A DNA stretch of 63,398 nt from Candidatus Woesearchaeota archaeon (GCA_016188155.1 JACPIH010000002.1:1-63398), one strand, 5' to 3'. Counted from the first letter of the stretch, positions 26,025-35,885 are shown. Numbers and translations: made by a program. Notes: generated by a model from the letters alone, not told the origin.

Positions 26025-27317
26025 TCAGTAGTATGTCTGGGTTCCTTCCTCTCCCTGGCCTGGGCCCTTCATTCGCCTGAAAGCAACAACAACGCCCACG
26101 ACAACGAGCACAACTATCAGGGCAATAAGGCCAAGCTGCAACAGCTGCACGGTGCTGCCAAGATTCGAGGCGCCAGCGCCTGCCGCAACAACGTTAGCAG
26201 ACAACGGGAACTCCTTTACAACGTCGCCTGCCTGGTCCTTTACCCTTACGACCAAGACCTGTGCTCCAGCTGGCGAATTCTTATTGGCCGAAACCATAAG
26301 GTAAACTGTCTGGCTGTCGCCACCCTTTACAGCTACAACGTTGCCCTGGCTTAACCTGACAGTTGCCCAGTCCGAAGCGGCTACAGACAAGCTGAAGCTC
26401 TTGCTGGTTGTGCCGTCGTTTGTTATCGTTATCGGGTATGAAACGGCTACACCACCTGCTACAACATCCTGCTGCTCCGGGGCGTATATCTTAACGCCGT
26501 TTGCCGAAACAGATGTTGAAGTTGCTGGTGTTTCGCATGCTCCCTTTGTAACAGTTATCTGCCTTGTGGCAGTTACCGTCTTGTCACCTTCCTCGAAAGT
26601 AACCTCGGCCTTCACATCATAAGTGCCAGGCTTTGCGCACGACTTAATCCTCAGGAAAAACTCTTCAGACGTTGCAGACTCTTCCGCATCAAGCTCGTCA
26701 ATAAAGTCAGGGTTATCTGTAACGCCAAGCTCAGGAATGCTGACCCTTACCTTAACGTCATCTTCCTGGCTGTCGCCAAGGTTCTTGACCCTGACAGTTG
26801 CCAGAACAACACTTCCTGCCTTCACCGTATCCTCCGGGTTGACGCTGAGGTCCTTGATTACAACCTCGTGGTCAGATGGAGTAACCTTTATCCTGAAGTT
26901 CTTGATAACCTCGTCGTTGTCCCTGCCAGCCACTATAATCCTAAGCCTGTACTTGTCCTCGTCAGCCCTCTCAGGCAGCTTGAGCTTCAAGGTCTTGACG
27001 TAGCTGACGTTTGTCTCAACATTGAAAGGCCTTGTCTCATCGCTGATGTCTTCAGTCTTTGAGAACTCAAAGCCGCTAACGAATGCCCTTATTTCAACAT
27101 CATTAGCATCGGCAGACGCCTTTACCTTTATCTTGACATCGAAAGCCTCTCCCCTTTCCAAATCCCTGATGTTAAGCTCAGAAGCGCTTAGCTCAAAATT
27201 GTCAATATCGACAGCCTCAATGGAAACAGGCACAGCTGCCGCAAGGGCAGAACCTGCCATAAGAACTCCGAACAGAATAACAACCAATGGCAAAAACAAA
27301 CTCTTTGACATCTTCAT
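26025..27317 (-). CDS. Putative S-layer / CARDB-type Ig-fold surface protein with C-terminal TM
   Basis: Signal peptide, three beta-sandwich domains (VRVKNLGDSQEDDVKVRVSIPELG; ITITNDG), TM and basic tail. GGGGTGG SD, TTTATATA at 27397-27404 and a strong terminator. Confidence 0.7.
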   Translation of the reverse strand: MKMSKSLFLPLVVILFGVLMAGSALAAAVPVSIEAVDIDNFELSASELNIRDLERGEAFDVKIKVKASADANDVEIRAFVSGFEFSKTEDISDETRPFNVETNVSYVKTLKLKLPERADEDKYRLRIIVAGRDNDEVIKNFRIKVTPSDHEVVIKDLSVNPEDTVKAGSVVLATVRVKNLGDSQEDDVKVRVSIPELGVTDNPDFIDELDAEESATSEEFFLRIKSCAKPGTYDVKAEVTFEEGDKTVTATRQITVTKGACETPATSTSVSANGVKIYAPEQQDVVAGGVAVSYPITITNDGTTSKSFSLSVAASDWATVRLSQGNVVAVKGGDSQTVYLMVSANKNSPAGAQVLVVRVKDQAGDVVKEFPLSANVVAAGAGASNLGSTVQLLQLGLIALIVVLVVVGVVVAFRRMKGPGQGEEGTQTYY

Positions 27318-27513
27318 TTTATAACCACCCCAACACTTGTTGATTTAATAATCGCTATGCTTTATGCACCGTATTCCAATCGATAAAGGAAGCTCCTATA
27401 TAAACATTTCGATTTTTTAGCATACAAGAGTAGTTACTTTTATTACTTATTATATAGTAGTTATGAACTTTGGGCTGCAATTCGCGATACTGTGACGTCT
27501 ATGCTTAGTCGAA

Positions 27514-27909
27514 TCATTGCAGGATTAACGGCCTGTACTTTACCCTTCTGCCATCGTCGCTGTTGAAGACAACCTTCACGAAGGGGTCAAATACGTCAGG
27601 GAAGGAGAGCTCGAAATGGACTGACTTCTTGTTTGTTTTTGAAAAATCAACGTTGCGCCTTTCCCTAAGCCCGAGCTCAGGAATGGAAACAGTTACCTTC
27701 GAGTCAGCGTTATCAGCCTTCGACTCAAGGCTTACAATCACGAGGGCTTCGGAGTTCTTGACTGCCGAAACCTTGCTTATTTTGACGACTTTCTCAACTG
27801 CCGCAACATCTAGCGCGGCTGAAACGACAGCAACGAGAAGAACAACGGAAATGAAGAAAAGCCTTAACGATGCCATTTTTTGACCCCCAGCAACAGCTGT
27901 TAAAAACAC
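27514..27909 (-). CDS. Small secreted protein with a single IPELG-type Ig-like domain
   Basis: Signal peptide; VTVSIPELG motif shared with both neighbouring genes. Confidence 0.6.
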   Translation of the reverse strand: MFLTAVAGGQKMASLRLFFISVVLLVAVVSAALDVAAVEKVVKISKVSAVKNSEALVIVSLESKADNADSKVTVSIPELGLRERRNVDFSKTNKKSVHFELSFPDVFDPFVKVVFNSDDGRRVKYRPLILQ

Positions 27910-27967
27910 TGAAGGATGAGCTATTATTTAAAGTTTTTGCAAGTGACGCTACTTTAGAATAGAAACA

Positions 27968-28047
27968 TGACCTTTTTAAGAACCCAAGTCGCCTCCTGCG
28001 ACTGGGCCCAATCGACAGATGTCGATTTGGGAAAGGTCAATCAAAAA
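27968..28047. repeat. Palindromic element: TGACCTTT...AAAGGTCAATCAAAAA shell enclosing two GC-rich hairpins
   Basis: tgacctttt-taagaa-[cccaagtcgc ctcct gcgactggg][cccaatcgac agat gtcgatttggg]-aaaggtca-atcaaaaa. Confidence 0.85.
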
Positions 28048-28051
28048 CGAG

Positions 28052-29497
28052 TTAACAGCTGCTGTCGACAACGAAAGTCCTGTGAACGGTCCTGCTGAAC
28101 TTGTTGTTGCTGATTGAAAAGCGCATGTAGTACGTGCCTTCCTCAGCGTCTTCTGGAATGTTAAGCCTCAATAGCTGCGTTAATTTGCCATTTGCCTTGA
28201 GCTTTACAGGCCCCTTGCTGATCCGTACGCCAAGCTCTGGCACTGTTGCCGCAAAACTAATATCTTTCAAAGCCGCCTTCGCCGTGTTCTGGACCTTAAC
28301 AGCCAGCAGGGCTGACTCGCCTGGCCTTACGCAGTCTGTGTCCGGGAAGTTCAGCGCGCGCATGAAAAGCGGCTGCAATGGAAACTTCACTGCTATGACC
28401 TGTAGCGGCTTGGGCATTTCTGCAACCTCAGCAGCAGGGGGCGTTATTGGAGGAGTAACAGGAGGCGGAGTTACTGGGGGCGGAGTTATTGGCGGAGGAA
28501 CAACTGGCGGAACAACAGGTGGTGGCACAACAGGCGGAACTGCAGGAGCTGCGGTGGTGGTGCCTGTTCCCGAAACAAAACCTGAAAGCTGATTCGCGGA
28601 GTCCTTGCTCCTTGCCTTGAAAGTGTAAGCTGTGCTAAATGCCGAAGGGGCAGTTACTGTAAAAGCATGGCTGCAGCTTGTCAGGATGCCAGCGCAGTCA
28701 AAAGGAGTGCCAATCTGAACATTGCTGCTGTCAAAAAGAAGCAGCTGCGAAACGTCCTTATCGTCATTGCCTGTAACCAGTATGCTTAGCTGCGAGCCTG
28801 GAGCTGCTGAAGCCGGAACATTAATAGTTGCTGTTGGGGCATTATCAACTACTGCCGGAGCAGGGCAAGAGCCGCAGAAGTTGCCGCAACTGTCAGTTTT
28901 ACCGCATCCGAGGGAAACGCACGAAACAACAGGCGTACATCCTTCGTCAGGAGCAGGTTCACAGCCAACAGGCAAGCCAGAGTCAGCCCAAATTTTCCTG
29001 CAACCATAAGCGCAAGTGTCAAGCGTTACCCATTCTTTGCTGCAGTCAGACTTCTGCTTTTCCCTCTGCCTGTCGTAGCCGTTTGTACCACAACGGTAGC
29101 TGTCAAGAAATTTTTCATCACAAGCACCGCAGTCTTTTGCACAAACCCCTTGCTCGCCAGAATCACAAAAGCCGTCACCGCAGAAAGGCTTTACATCACA
29201 GTCTGAGCACCAGCCACTTTCACCGGGGTCACAGAAGTTATCGCCACAGTAAGAAGGCACGGTGCAGTCTGAACACCACGTGCTTTCGCCAGGGTCGCAG
29301 AAACTGTCACCGCAGTAAGGGCTAACCGTATCGCAATCTGAACACCAGCCCTGCTCGTCTGGATCACAAAAGTTATCGCCACAAAGAGGAGCAACGTATT
29401 GGGCACTAACCGGAACTGAAGCTAACACCGAAACTGAAAGGAGGAAAAGCAGCAAAACGATGCTACCGACAACGCCGGGAATGAAAGCTGACCTCAT
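28052..29497 (-). CDS. Secreted protein with Cys-rich CGDxFCDxGExxWCxDC repeats, Ig-like domain, Pro-rich linker and C-terminal VPELG domain
   Basis: Four tandem CGD(N/S/G)FCD repeats, DNAPTATINVP Ig-like module and VVPP/VTPP repeats. Confidence 0.75.
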   Translation of the reverse strand: MRSAFIPGVVGSIVLLLFLLSVSVLASVPVSAQYVAPLCGDNFCDPDEQGWCSDCDTVSPYCGDSFCDPGESTWCSDCTVPSYCGDNFCDPGESGWCSDCDVKPFCGDGFCDSGEQGVCAKDCGACDEKFLDSYRCGTNGYDRQREKQKSDCSKEWVTLDTCAYGCRKIWADSGLPVGCEPAPDEGCTPVVSCVSLGCGKTDSCGNFCGSCPAPAVVDNAPTATINVPASAAPGSQLSILVTGNDDKDVSQLLLFDSSNVQIGTPFDCAGILTSCSHAFTVTAPSAFSTAYTFKARSKDSANQLSGFVSGTGTTTAAPAVPPVVPPPVVPPVVPPPITPPPVTPPPVTPPITPPAAEVAEMPKPLQVIAVKFPLQPLFMRALNFPDTDCVRPGESALLAVKVQNTAKAALKDISFAATVPELGVRISKGPVKLKANGKLTQLLRLNIPEDAEEGTYYMRFSISNNKFSRTVHRTFVVDSSC

Positions 29498-29513
29498 TTA
29501 GCTGCGCCTCCGG

Positions 29514-30533
29514 CTACCTTCCCTGCGTTATTATAGTAACATCCCCAACCCTGCTCGGGTTTTGCGTCAAGTAGCGCACCAGAAAGTTCGTTACCGTCTG
29601 TAACTGGACGGTAAAGGTTGCTGCCGCGTTGTTTTGCAGGTAAAACCTTGACCTGCCTGCAATCTCGTCAACAGCAACAGCTATGCCATTCAGTGGTGTT
29701 ACCTCGCCGTTAGCAGCATTCCCGTCAAACCAGCCAGGCACTTGAGACCTTGCAGCAGGCACAACTCCTAAAGCTGTGTAGAATCCTTCTGGGTTAGATG
29801 CGTGCATGTCCTTTGCCAAATTGTACGAGATTCCCCACCTAACGGCACTAACTATGGCGTCGAGATTTACCGGAGTTGGAGTGGCTGTAGGAGTCACGGT
29901 TGGCTGAGGCGTCGGAGTAGCGGTTGGTAGAGGAGTAGCTGTTGGCTGCGGAGTTGGAGTTGCAGTTGCATAAGGTGTTGGAGTGACGGTAGGTTGCGGT
30001 GTAGGTGTATGAGTAGGCGCTGGTGTGGCTGTTGCATAAGTAGTAGGGGTAGCTGTAGCTTCAGGAGCTGGCGTTTGCGTAACAACAGCTTCAAGCGTTG
30101 AAGTAGGTGTTCCTGTGGGAACAGCCGTAGCAATCGCGGCTGGAACTGGATAACTTTCCCAAATAAACCTTGTGCCTCTGTCGAAGCGGTCGTAAACGCC
30201 AGCAGTAACGAGTAACATTAAAGCTGACACAGCCACGGCACCGTTCCTGAAAATTGTTCTGCCGCGAATTGTAACGTTATTATAAGCATGCTTACTTGCC
30301 GAAACAGCGACGTCTGCAGCAGTTGCAACAGCTGCAAGCCCACCAGCAGTCACTAAGCTAGCCTGAAGAGGATGCTTGGTGTAGAAATCAGCGATTGATC
30401 CCAACAGACGACCAGGGGTAATGAGATCGAGAATTGGTAAAGCTATTGTGACACCGCCGGCAAGCAAAAGGGAATACTTAGTTAACCTCTGACCCAAATC
30501 AGGAGAACCTCCTAACGGACCTTGCGTAGCCAT
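29514..30533 (-). CDS. Hypothetical membrane protein with a long Thr/Pro (TPTP) linker
   Basis: Start placed at ATG 30533, behind a GGGGTGG SD (ORF track starts at 30617). Three hydrophobic segments, about 70 aa of ATATPT/TPTPQPT repeats, then a globular C-terminal domain. Confidence 0.65.
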   Translation of the reverse strand: MATQGPLGGSPDLGQRLTKYSLLLAGGVTIALPILDLITPGRLLGSIADFYTKHPLQASLVTAGGLAAVATAADVAVSASKHAYNNVTIRGRTIFRNGAVAVSALMLLVTAGVYDRFDRGTRFIWESYPVPAAIATAVPTGTPTSTLEAVVTQTPAPEATATPTTYATATPAPTHTPTPQPTVTPTPYATATPTPQPTATPLPTATPTPQPTVTPTATPTPVNLDAIVSAVRWGISYNLAKDMHASNPEGFYTALGVVPAARSQVPGWFDGNAANGEVTPLNGIAVAVDEIAGRSRFYLQNNAAATFTVQLQTVTNFLVRYLTQNPSRVGDVTIITQGR

Positions 30534-30722
30534 CAAAAACCACCCCAACTGTTTGTAAATTAAATCGTGATTGGCAGGCGAAATGAACAGCAATATAAAA
30601 ACCTTTCGTTGTGTCACTATTATAAAATAGATACAAATTTGTCTCAGTCTGGTGGTGGTAAAGTTTCAACGGAAACAAAGCAGCAACAATTAAAAATACT
30701 GAGGCAATGCTGCCAAACGAAA

Positions 30723-31850
30723 ATGGTAAGAGTGGTTATTGTTGGAGCGGGGCCTGCGGGGGGATTCTCGGCTTATTTGCTGGCGAAGGCAGGGCATGAC
30801 GTGCAGGTTTTTGAAGAGCACGCAACAATTGGAGAGCCGGTTGCGTGCACTGGCGTCATAACCGGTGATGTAATGGCGCGGAGGCTGCAGCTGCCGAAAG
30901 AGCTAATTGTAAACAAGATTGCAAAGGCTAGGATAATTGCACCCAATGATGAGTTTATTGAAGTGAAGCTGAAGAACGACATAATAATAGACAGGGCAGG
31001 GCTCGACAGGCACATCTCGCAAATGGCAAAGGATGCCGGCGCAAAGTATTACATGAACAACAGGTTTGAAAATTTTGAAAATGTAAAAAACAAAGGCAAA
31101 AAAATTGTTGTGGCTGTGAAAGACAAAACGAAGAACGAAATCAAAAAAAATGAAACAGACTACGTGATTGGGGCTGACGGGCCAATAAGCTCTGTTGCGA
31201 AATCTGCAGGGCTGTTTGGCAGCAGGCAGTTTTATTCAGGCATACAGGTAACGATTCCTGTTGAGAATGACAACACCATTGACTTTTACCCGAGCGAGGA
31301 CGGAATAGCGTGGCTGGTTCCGGAGAATGAAAAAGTTGCGAGGGTTGGGATTGCTGCGAGAAAGGAGGCGAACTCATATTTCCGAAAATTTATCACGGCA
31401 GTCGTGGGAGAAGGATTTGAAAAGAAGATAATGGGATGGCAGGCCGGGCCAATACCACTTTACGACCCTAAGCTGAAATCAACGACAAAGGACGGAAAGG
31501 TGCTCCTTGTTGGGGATGCGGCAACAATGGTAAAGGCCCCCACACTGGGAGGGATAAACCAAGGCCTGATAGGAGCTGAAGCAGTCGCTGCCGCAATTAC
31601 TGAAAATAAAAACTACGAAGGTTTATGGAAGAAAAAAATGGGAACGGATTTGTACCTCTCACTGCTGATGAGGAAGGCAATGGAAAGGTTCAACAACAAC
31701 GAATACAACCAGCTTGTTGCAACGTTCAAAAAGGAAAAGAACAGGGCCATCCTGGAAAGTTATGACAGGGATGAGCCGAGGAAGTTTGCACTGAAGCTCC
31801 TGCTGAAGGAGCCAAAGCTGATTCTGCTTGCAACGAAGGCGTGGTTTTGA
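30723..31850 (+). CDS. Geranylgeranyl reductase family FAD-dependent oxidoreductase
   Basis: VVIVGAGPAGG Rossmann motif, PVACTG, IIDRAGLD, VIGADG, LVGDAA and GGI motifs. Start placed at ATG 30723. Confidence 0.88.
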   Translation: MVRVVIVGAGPAGGFSAYLLAKAGHDVQVFEEHATIGEPVACTGVITGDVMARRLQLPKELIVNKIAKARIIAPNDEFIEVKLKNDIIIDRAGLDRHISQMAKDAGAKYYMNNRFENFENVKNKGKKIVVAVKDKTKNEIKKNETDYVIGADGPISSVAKSAGLFGSRQFYSGIQVTIPVENDNTIDFYPSEDGIAWLVPENEKVARVGIAARKEANSYFRKFITAVVGEGFEKKIMGWQAGPIPLYDPKLKSTTKDGKVLLVGDAATMVKAPTLGGINQGLIGAEAVAAAITENKNYEGLWKKKMGTDLYLSLLMRKAMERFNNNEYNQLVATFKKEKNRAILESYDRDEPRKFALKLLLKEPKLILLATKAWF

Positions 31851-31879
31851 CCTTCTCTCGGAAACGGTAATTATCGTCG

Positions 31880-31919
31880 TTTTTGGATTGAACCTTTTTT
31901 TGCAAAAAGGGTCAAATCC
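31880..31919. repeat. Diverged, inverted copy of the TGACCTTTTT..AAAAAGGTCAATCAAAAA element; probable terminator of the GGR gene
   Basis: Minus strand reads ggatttgacccttttt-gc-aaaaaaaggttcaatccaaaaa. The T-rich strand follows the GGR stop. Confidence 0.55.
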
Positions 31920-31950
31920 GCAACTAATTTAAATAGCGTCCGAATTCGGC

Positions 31951-34900
31951 ATGGGAAGGAAACAGTTGAAAAGGGTTGAGGCAACAAGAGTGGCTGAAGA
32001 ACAAGGCAAAAAAGAAGAGAAAAGCGCAGGGAAAGACTTTGGGGAAGGCATCGAGGTCGTAAAGGCCGAGCCTCAGGAAGAGAAAGACATAGAGATAAAC
32101 TTTGGGAAAATCCTCTCATTCTTCAAGCAAAAGCCGGAAGAAAAAAAAGAAGCAGCCGAGCACAAGACAGAACACCTACCTCATCACGAAGGGCACCATG
32201 GTATGAAAACCGCAAAGGACGAACATGGGAAGGATGATGAAGGGGAAATAGACGTCGGCAAGCTTGTTTCTGGTATAAAGGGCATATTCAAAGGCGCGAA
32301 GGAACCTAAAACAGAAACGGGGAAAAAAGGGGAAAAAGAATCTGCCGAAGGCGAGGATGTTTCTCTCAACCCGCAAGCAGTGGTTGAGTTTCTCAAAAAG
32401 AGGGGGATGCTGATACTCCTAATAACAGGCATTCTGATAGCCATGGGCATCACTGCAAACGTGAGAACGCAGGTTGCAGGGCTGCCATTCACTTATGAAT
32501 GGGCCCGGAATTCTGTCTCCAACACAATACAAAGTGACATAAGCAGCGCCATAAGCCAGCAATACCCTAACCTCCCGGAAGCGAGAAAAAACCAGATACT
32601 CAGCGATGAGGTAGCAAAGGCCAAAAAAAGCAAGACATACGCATTCAAAACAGGCCAGTACACAGGCCAGACAATAAACATCCAGGACCAGGTTAAATCT
32701 ACAGCAGAATTCATAAAAGGCTTCTACAAAGACGAAAACGGCAGGTCATACAGCCCCGACATAGACCCGTACTACTGGTACCGCTATGCGAAAAACATTG
32801 TAGAGACAGACCACATTGGAGATGAGGTAAAAAATGGCGAGGAGTGGGACAACCACCAAGTTGCCCCACTTGGAAGGGGCATATCACCACAAGATAGATT
32901 CTTCCCATACTTCATCGCTTACCTGTACAAGACCATGAAGTTCTTCAACCACTCAGCAACGCTGTTTGAAGTGCAAACAAACGTCTACCCTGCGCTGCTA
33001 TCCGCGCTTACTGTGCTGTTCATCTTCCTCATAGGCAGGAAAATAGCAGGCAACGTGGCAGGATTCCTCGGCTCGCTAATGGCAGGGCTACACGCAGCTT
33101 TCGTCAACAGGACAATACACGGCGACAACGATGCCGCAGTCATGTTTTTTGCAATACTGACCCTATGGCTGTTCGTAGAGGCAATATACGCAAGTAAGGC
33201 ACTAGCCAGGCTCGCGCTTGCAACGCTCGCAGGGCTGGCTGCTGCCTTATTCAGCATTGGCTGGGGAGGATGGTGGTTCGTACTGGTGTTCATAACAATG
33301 GCCTCAGCAGCCGCAGTTGCAGCAGGCGCACTGAACAGCTTCATCTTCTCACTGACGAAAGGACGTCGTATAGCCGAAGCAGCAATTGATGGAATAAAAG
33401 CTGCCACAACAGGCGTAACGGGGAAACTTGTCACGATGCCAACAGTGGTCTTCATGATAGCTACGGCATTTTTCGTTGGCATATTGACGAACTTTGACAC
33501 AATCCTTCAACTGCCAAGGAACATATTCGGCATAGCCAAGCTGAAATCGGCAGTGCTCTCCCAGTCTTACTGGCCAAATGTTCTCACAACGGTCGCAGAG
33601 CTGAACGAAGGAAACTTCCAGCAGGTCATAAGCCAGATAAAGCCCGGAATATTCTGGCTCTCAGCGTTAAGCGCAGCACTGCTAATTGCGCTCGCTGCAA
33701 TACACTTCCTGCTGCCGCTGATGAAAAACCAAGCAAGCCAGAAGCTCAGGCAGCACTTCCAGCCAAAGGAAGAAAACGCGCTTTACTCGATATTCTTCGC
33801 AACACTTGTTGCAGTATGGTTCGTGGGAACAATTTACGCGTCAACAAAAGGAATAAGGTTTGTGCTGCTGCTAGCCCCAATGGCAGGGCTCGGCTTCGGA
33901 ATGACGCTAGGGCTCATATTCAAGACAGCAATGTGGACAAACGAAAACTTCCTGAAAATAAACAAGATAGCCACTGCAGCGGCAATATTCGCAGTCCTGA
34001 CAATGGCAACGTACTCAACCGATGTGATAAAAGACGCGTACAACGTAGCCAAGAACGACGTCCCAATAATGAACGACGCATGGTACGGCGCCCTTACGGC
34101 AATACGCGATGATTCAAACAGCACAACAAAGGACGCAATAATAACATCGTGGTGGGACTTCGGCCACCACTTCAAGGCCATAACAGACAGAAGGGTGACA
34201 TTTGACGGCACAACCCAGCAGGGGCCGCAGGCGCACTGGGTAGGAAAGTTCTTCATGACAAGCAGCGAGACAGAAGCTGCAGGCATACTAAGAATGCTTG
34301 ACTGCGGCAGCAACACCGCATTCGATGCGCTAAACAGCGTCAAGAACGACTATCCCAATTCCACAAAGATACTATACAAGATGACACAAATAACCTCAAA
34401 AGACGAAGCCAACAAGGTACTCACGCAGGAATACGGCCTCAATGCTGAGCAGGCAGCAAACGTCACCAGATACACGCACTGCGAACATCCTCCAGAGGGC
34501 TACGTCATAGCATCAGAAGATATGATAGGCAAGTCAGGGGTATGGGGCCACTTCGGAAGCTGGGACTTTGAAAAGGCAATAATATGGCAGGTCATGAGAG
34601 GCACGAGCGAGAAGGAAGCAGTAACCCAAATGAAAGAAAGATTCAACTACAGCGAAGAGAAAGCAAAATCGGTTTACAACGAGCTTAGAAGGATAAAAGA
34701 CGACCGCGAAGCAAACACGTGGATAGCGCCCTGGCCAAGCTTCTCAAGTGACATAAGCGGCTGCCAAACACTGGCCAATCCAGAAAACGAGCAGGAAAGA
34801 ATAGTAAGGTGCGGTAATGGGCTCACAGTAAACCTAACAACATACGATGCCTATTTCCAGGCGCAGGATGGCAGCGCTCTGCATCCCATATCACTTGTTT

Positions 34901-35169
34901 ACCTGTCAAATGAAACAGGAACGCAACAAGTTGTTGAAAAGATATACACAAACAACACAGTGCCGCAAAGGCTGTCAACAATACTAATACCGCAGGGAAA
35001 CAGCTACGCCAGCATACTGGCAAGCCCTGAACTCGCCTCTGGTATGTTCACGAAGATGTTCTTCTTCGGGGGAACAGGGCTGAAACATTTCAAGCTCCTG
35101 ACGCACCAAACAGGGCTGACAGGAACAAACGTATACGTCTACAAGACCGGCTGGGACAGCCTCAAGTAA
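31951..35169 (+). CDS. aglB: Oligosaccharyltransferase AglB (STT3 family)
   Basis: DIDPYYW, GDND, TVAE (TIXE-like), WWDFGH, TFDG and DMIGK (DK) motifs; about 13 TM segments; long charged N-terminal extension. Confidence 0.93.
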   Translation: MGRKQLKRVEATRVAEEQGKKEEKSAGKDFGEGIEVVKAEPQEEKDIEINFGKILSFFKQKPEEKKEAAEHKTEHLPHHEGHHGMKTAKDEHGKDDEGEIDVGKLVSGIKGIFKGAKEPKTETGKKGEKESAEGEDVSLNPQAVVEFLKKRGMLILLITGILIAMGITANVRTQVAGLPFTYEWARNSVSNTIQSDISSAISQQYPNLPEARKNQILSDEVAKAKKSKTYAFKTGQYTGQTINIQDQVKSTAEFIKGFYKDENGRSYSPDIDPYYWYRYAKNIVETDHIGDEVKNGEEWDNHQVAPLGRGISPQDRFFPYFIAYLYKTMKFFNHSATLFEVQTNVYPALLSALTVLFIFLIGRKIAGNVAGFLGSLMAGLHAAFVNRTIHGDNDAAVMFFAILTLWLFVEAIYASKALARLALATLAGLAAALFSIGWGGWWFVLVFITMASAAAVAAGALNSFIFSLTKGRRIAEAAIDGIKAATTGVTGKLVTMPTVVFMIATAFFVGILTNFDTILQLPRNIFGIAKLKSAVLSQSYWPNVLTTVAELNEGNFQQVISQIKPGIFWLSALSAALLIALAAIHFLLPLMKNQASQKLRQHFQPKEENALYSIFFATLVAVWFVGTIYASTKGIRFVLLLAPMAGLGFGMTLGLIFKTAMWTNENFLKINKIATAAAIFAVLTMATYSTDVIKDAYNVAKNDVPIMNDAWYGALTAIRDDSNSTTKDAIITSWWDFGHHFKAITDRRVTFDGTTQQGPQAHWVGKFFMTSSETEAAGILRMLDCGSNTAFDALNSVKNDYPNSTKILYKMTQITSKDEANKVLTQEYGLNAEQAANVTRYTHCEHPPEGYVIASEDMIGKSGVWGHFGSWDFEKAIIWQVMRGTSEKEAVTQMKERFNYSEEKAKSVYNELRRIKDDREANTWIAPWPSFSSDISGCQTLANPENEQERIVRCGNGLTVNLTTYDAYFQAQDGSALHPISLVYLSNETGTQQVVEKIYTNNTVPQRLSTILIPQGNSYASILASPELASGMFTKMFFFGGTGLKHFKLLTHQTGLTGTNVYVYKTGWDSLK

Positions 35170-35222
35170 CGCAACAACAATATTTTATTCCGGCAGCAGC
35201 AATAAGCGACAAAAAGGCAAAA

Positions 35223-35885
35223 ATGAACTTCTACATCATAATACCAGCCCATAATGAAGGAAAAAACATAGGGCGAGTAATAGAAAGAACCAAAAAGTTT
35301 GTTCCTGGCAACAGGATAGTTGTAGTTGACGACGGCTCGAGGGACGGCACAGCGGCTGAAGCTAAAAGGCATAACGTCGCTGTTCTGCGGCACCAGATTA
35401 ACCTTGGAAAAGGCGCTGCACTAAGGACAGGCTGCCAGTACGCCTACGCCAAAGGCGCAGAGGCTTTAGTCTTTATGGATAGCGACGGGCAACATGACCC
35501 TGAAGACTTGCCAAGGATAGTGGCTGCGCTGGCTGGAAACGACATCGTGTTCACTTATCGTGACAGGAGAAGCCAGCATATGCCCTTCGTCAAGAAATTT
35601 GGCAACGCATTCATCGACTTGGTGATGAAGCTTCTTTTCCACATAAACGTTACCGACACCCAGTGCGGCTACAAGGCCATGACCAGGGCTGCTTATGAAA
35701 AGCTTGGGCTGATGTCGAACGACTACAGCATAGAGTCAGAGATAGCCGCAAAGACCGGCAAATACCGGCTTAAGTTCACACAGCTGCTGATAAGGACATT
35801 CTACTCAGACAGGTACAAAGGCACAACAGTCTTCGACGGCATCAACATTGTGCTGAAAATGCTGTGGTGGAAGATTGCGAGGTAA
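35223..35885 (+). CDS. GT2 glycosyltransferase (dolichol-phosphate glycosyltransferase-like)
   Basis: IIPAHNE, VVDDGSRD, NLGKGAAL, FMDSDGQHDP and DTQCGYKA motifs. Confidence 0.9.
   Translation: MNFYIIIPAHNEGKNIGRVIERTKKFVPGNRIVVVDDGSRDGTAAEAKRHNVAVLRHQINLGKGAALRTGCQYAYAKGAEALVFMDSDGQHDPEDLPRIVAALAGNDIVFTYRDRRSQHMPFVKKFGNAFIDLVMKLLFHINVTDTQCGYKAMTRAAYEKLGLMSNDYSIESEIAAKTGKYRLKFTQLLIRTFYSDRYKGTTVFDGINIVLKMLWWKIAR

Noticed and set aside
29150-29400. Periodic ccgcagta/gtcacc repeats resembling an array
   Set aside because: They encode the CGDxFCD Cys-rich protein repeats of the 481-aa gene.
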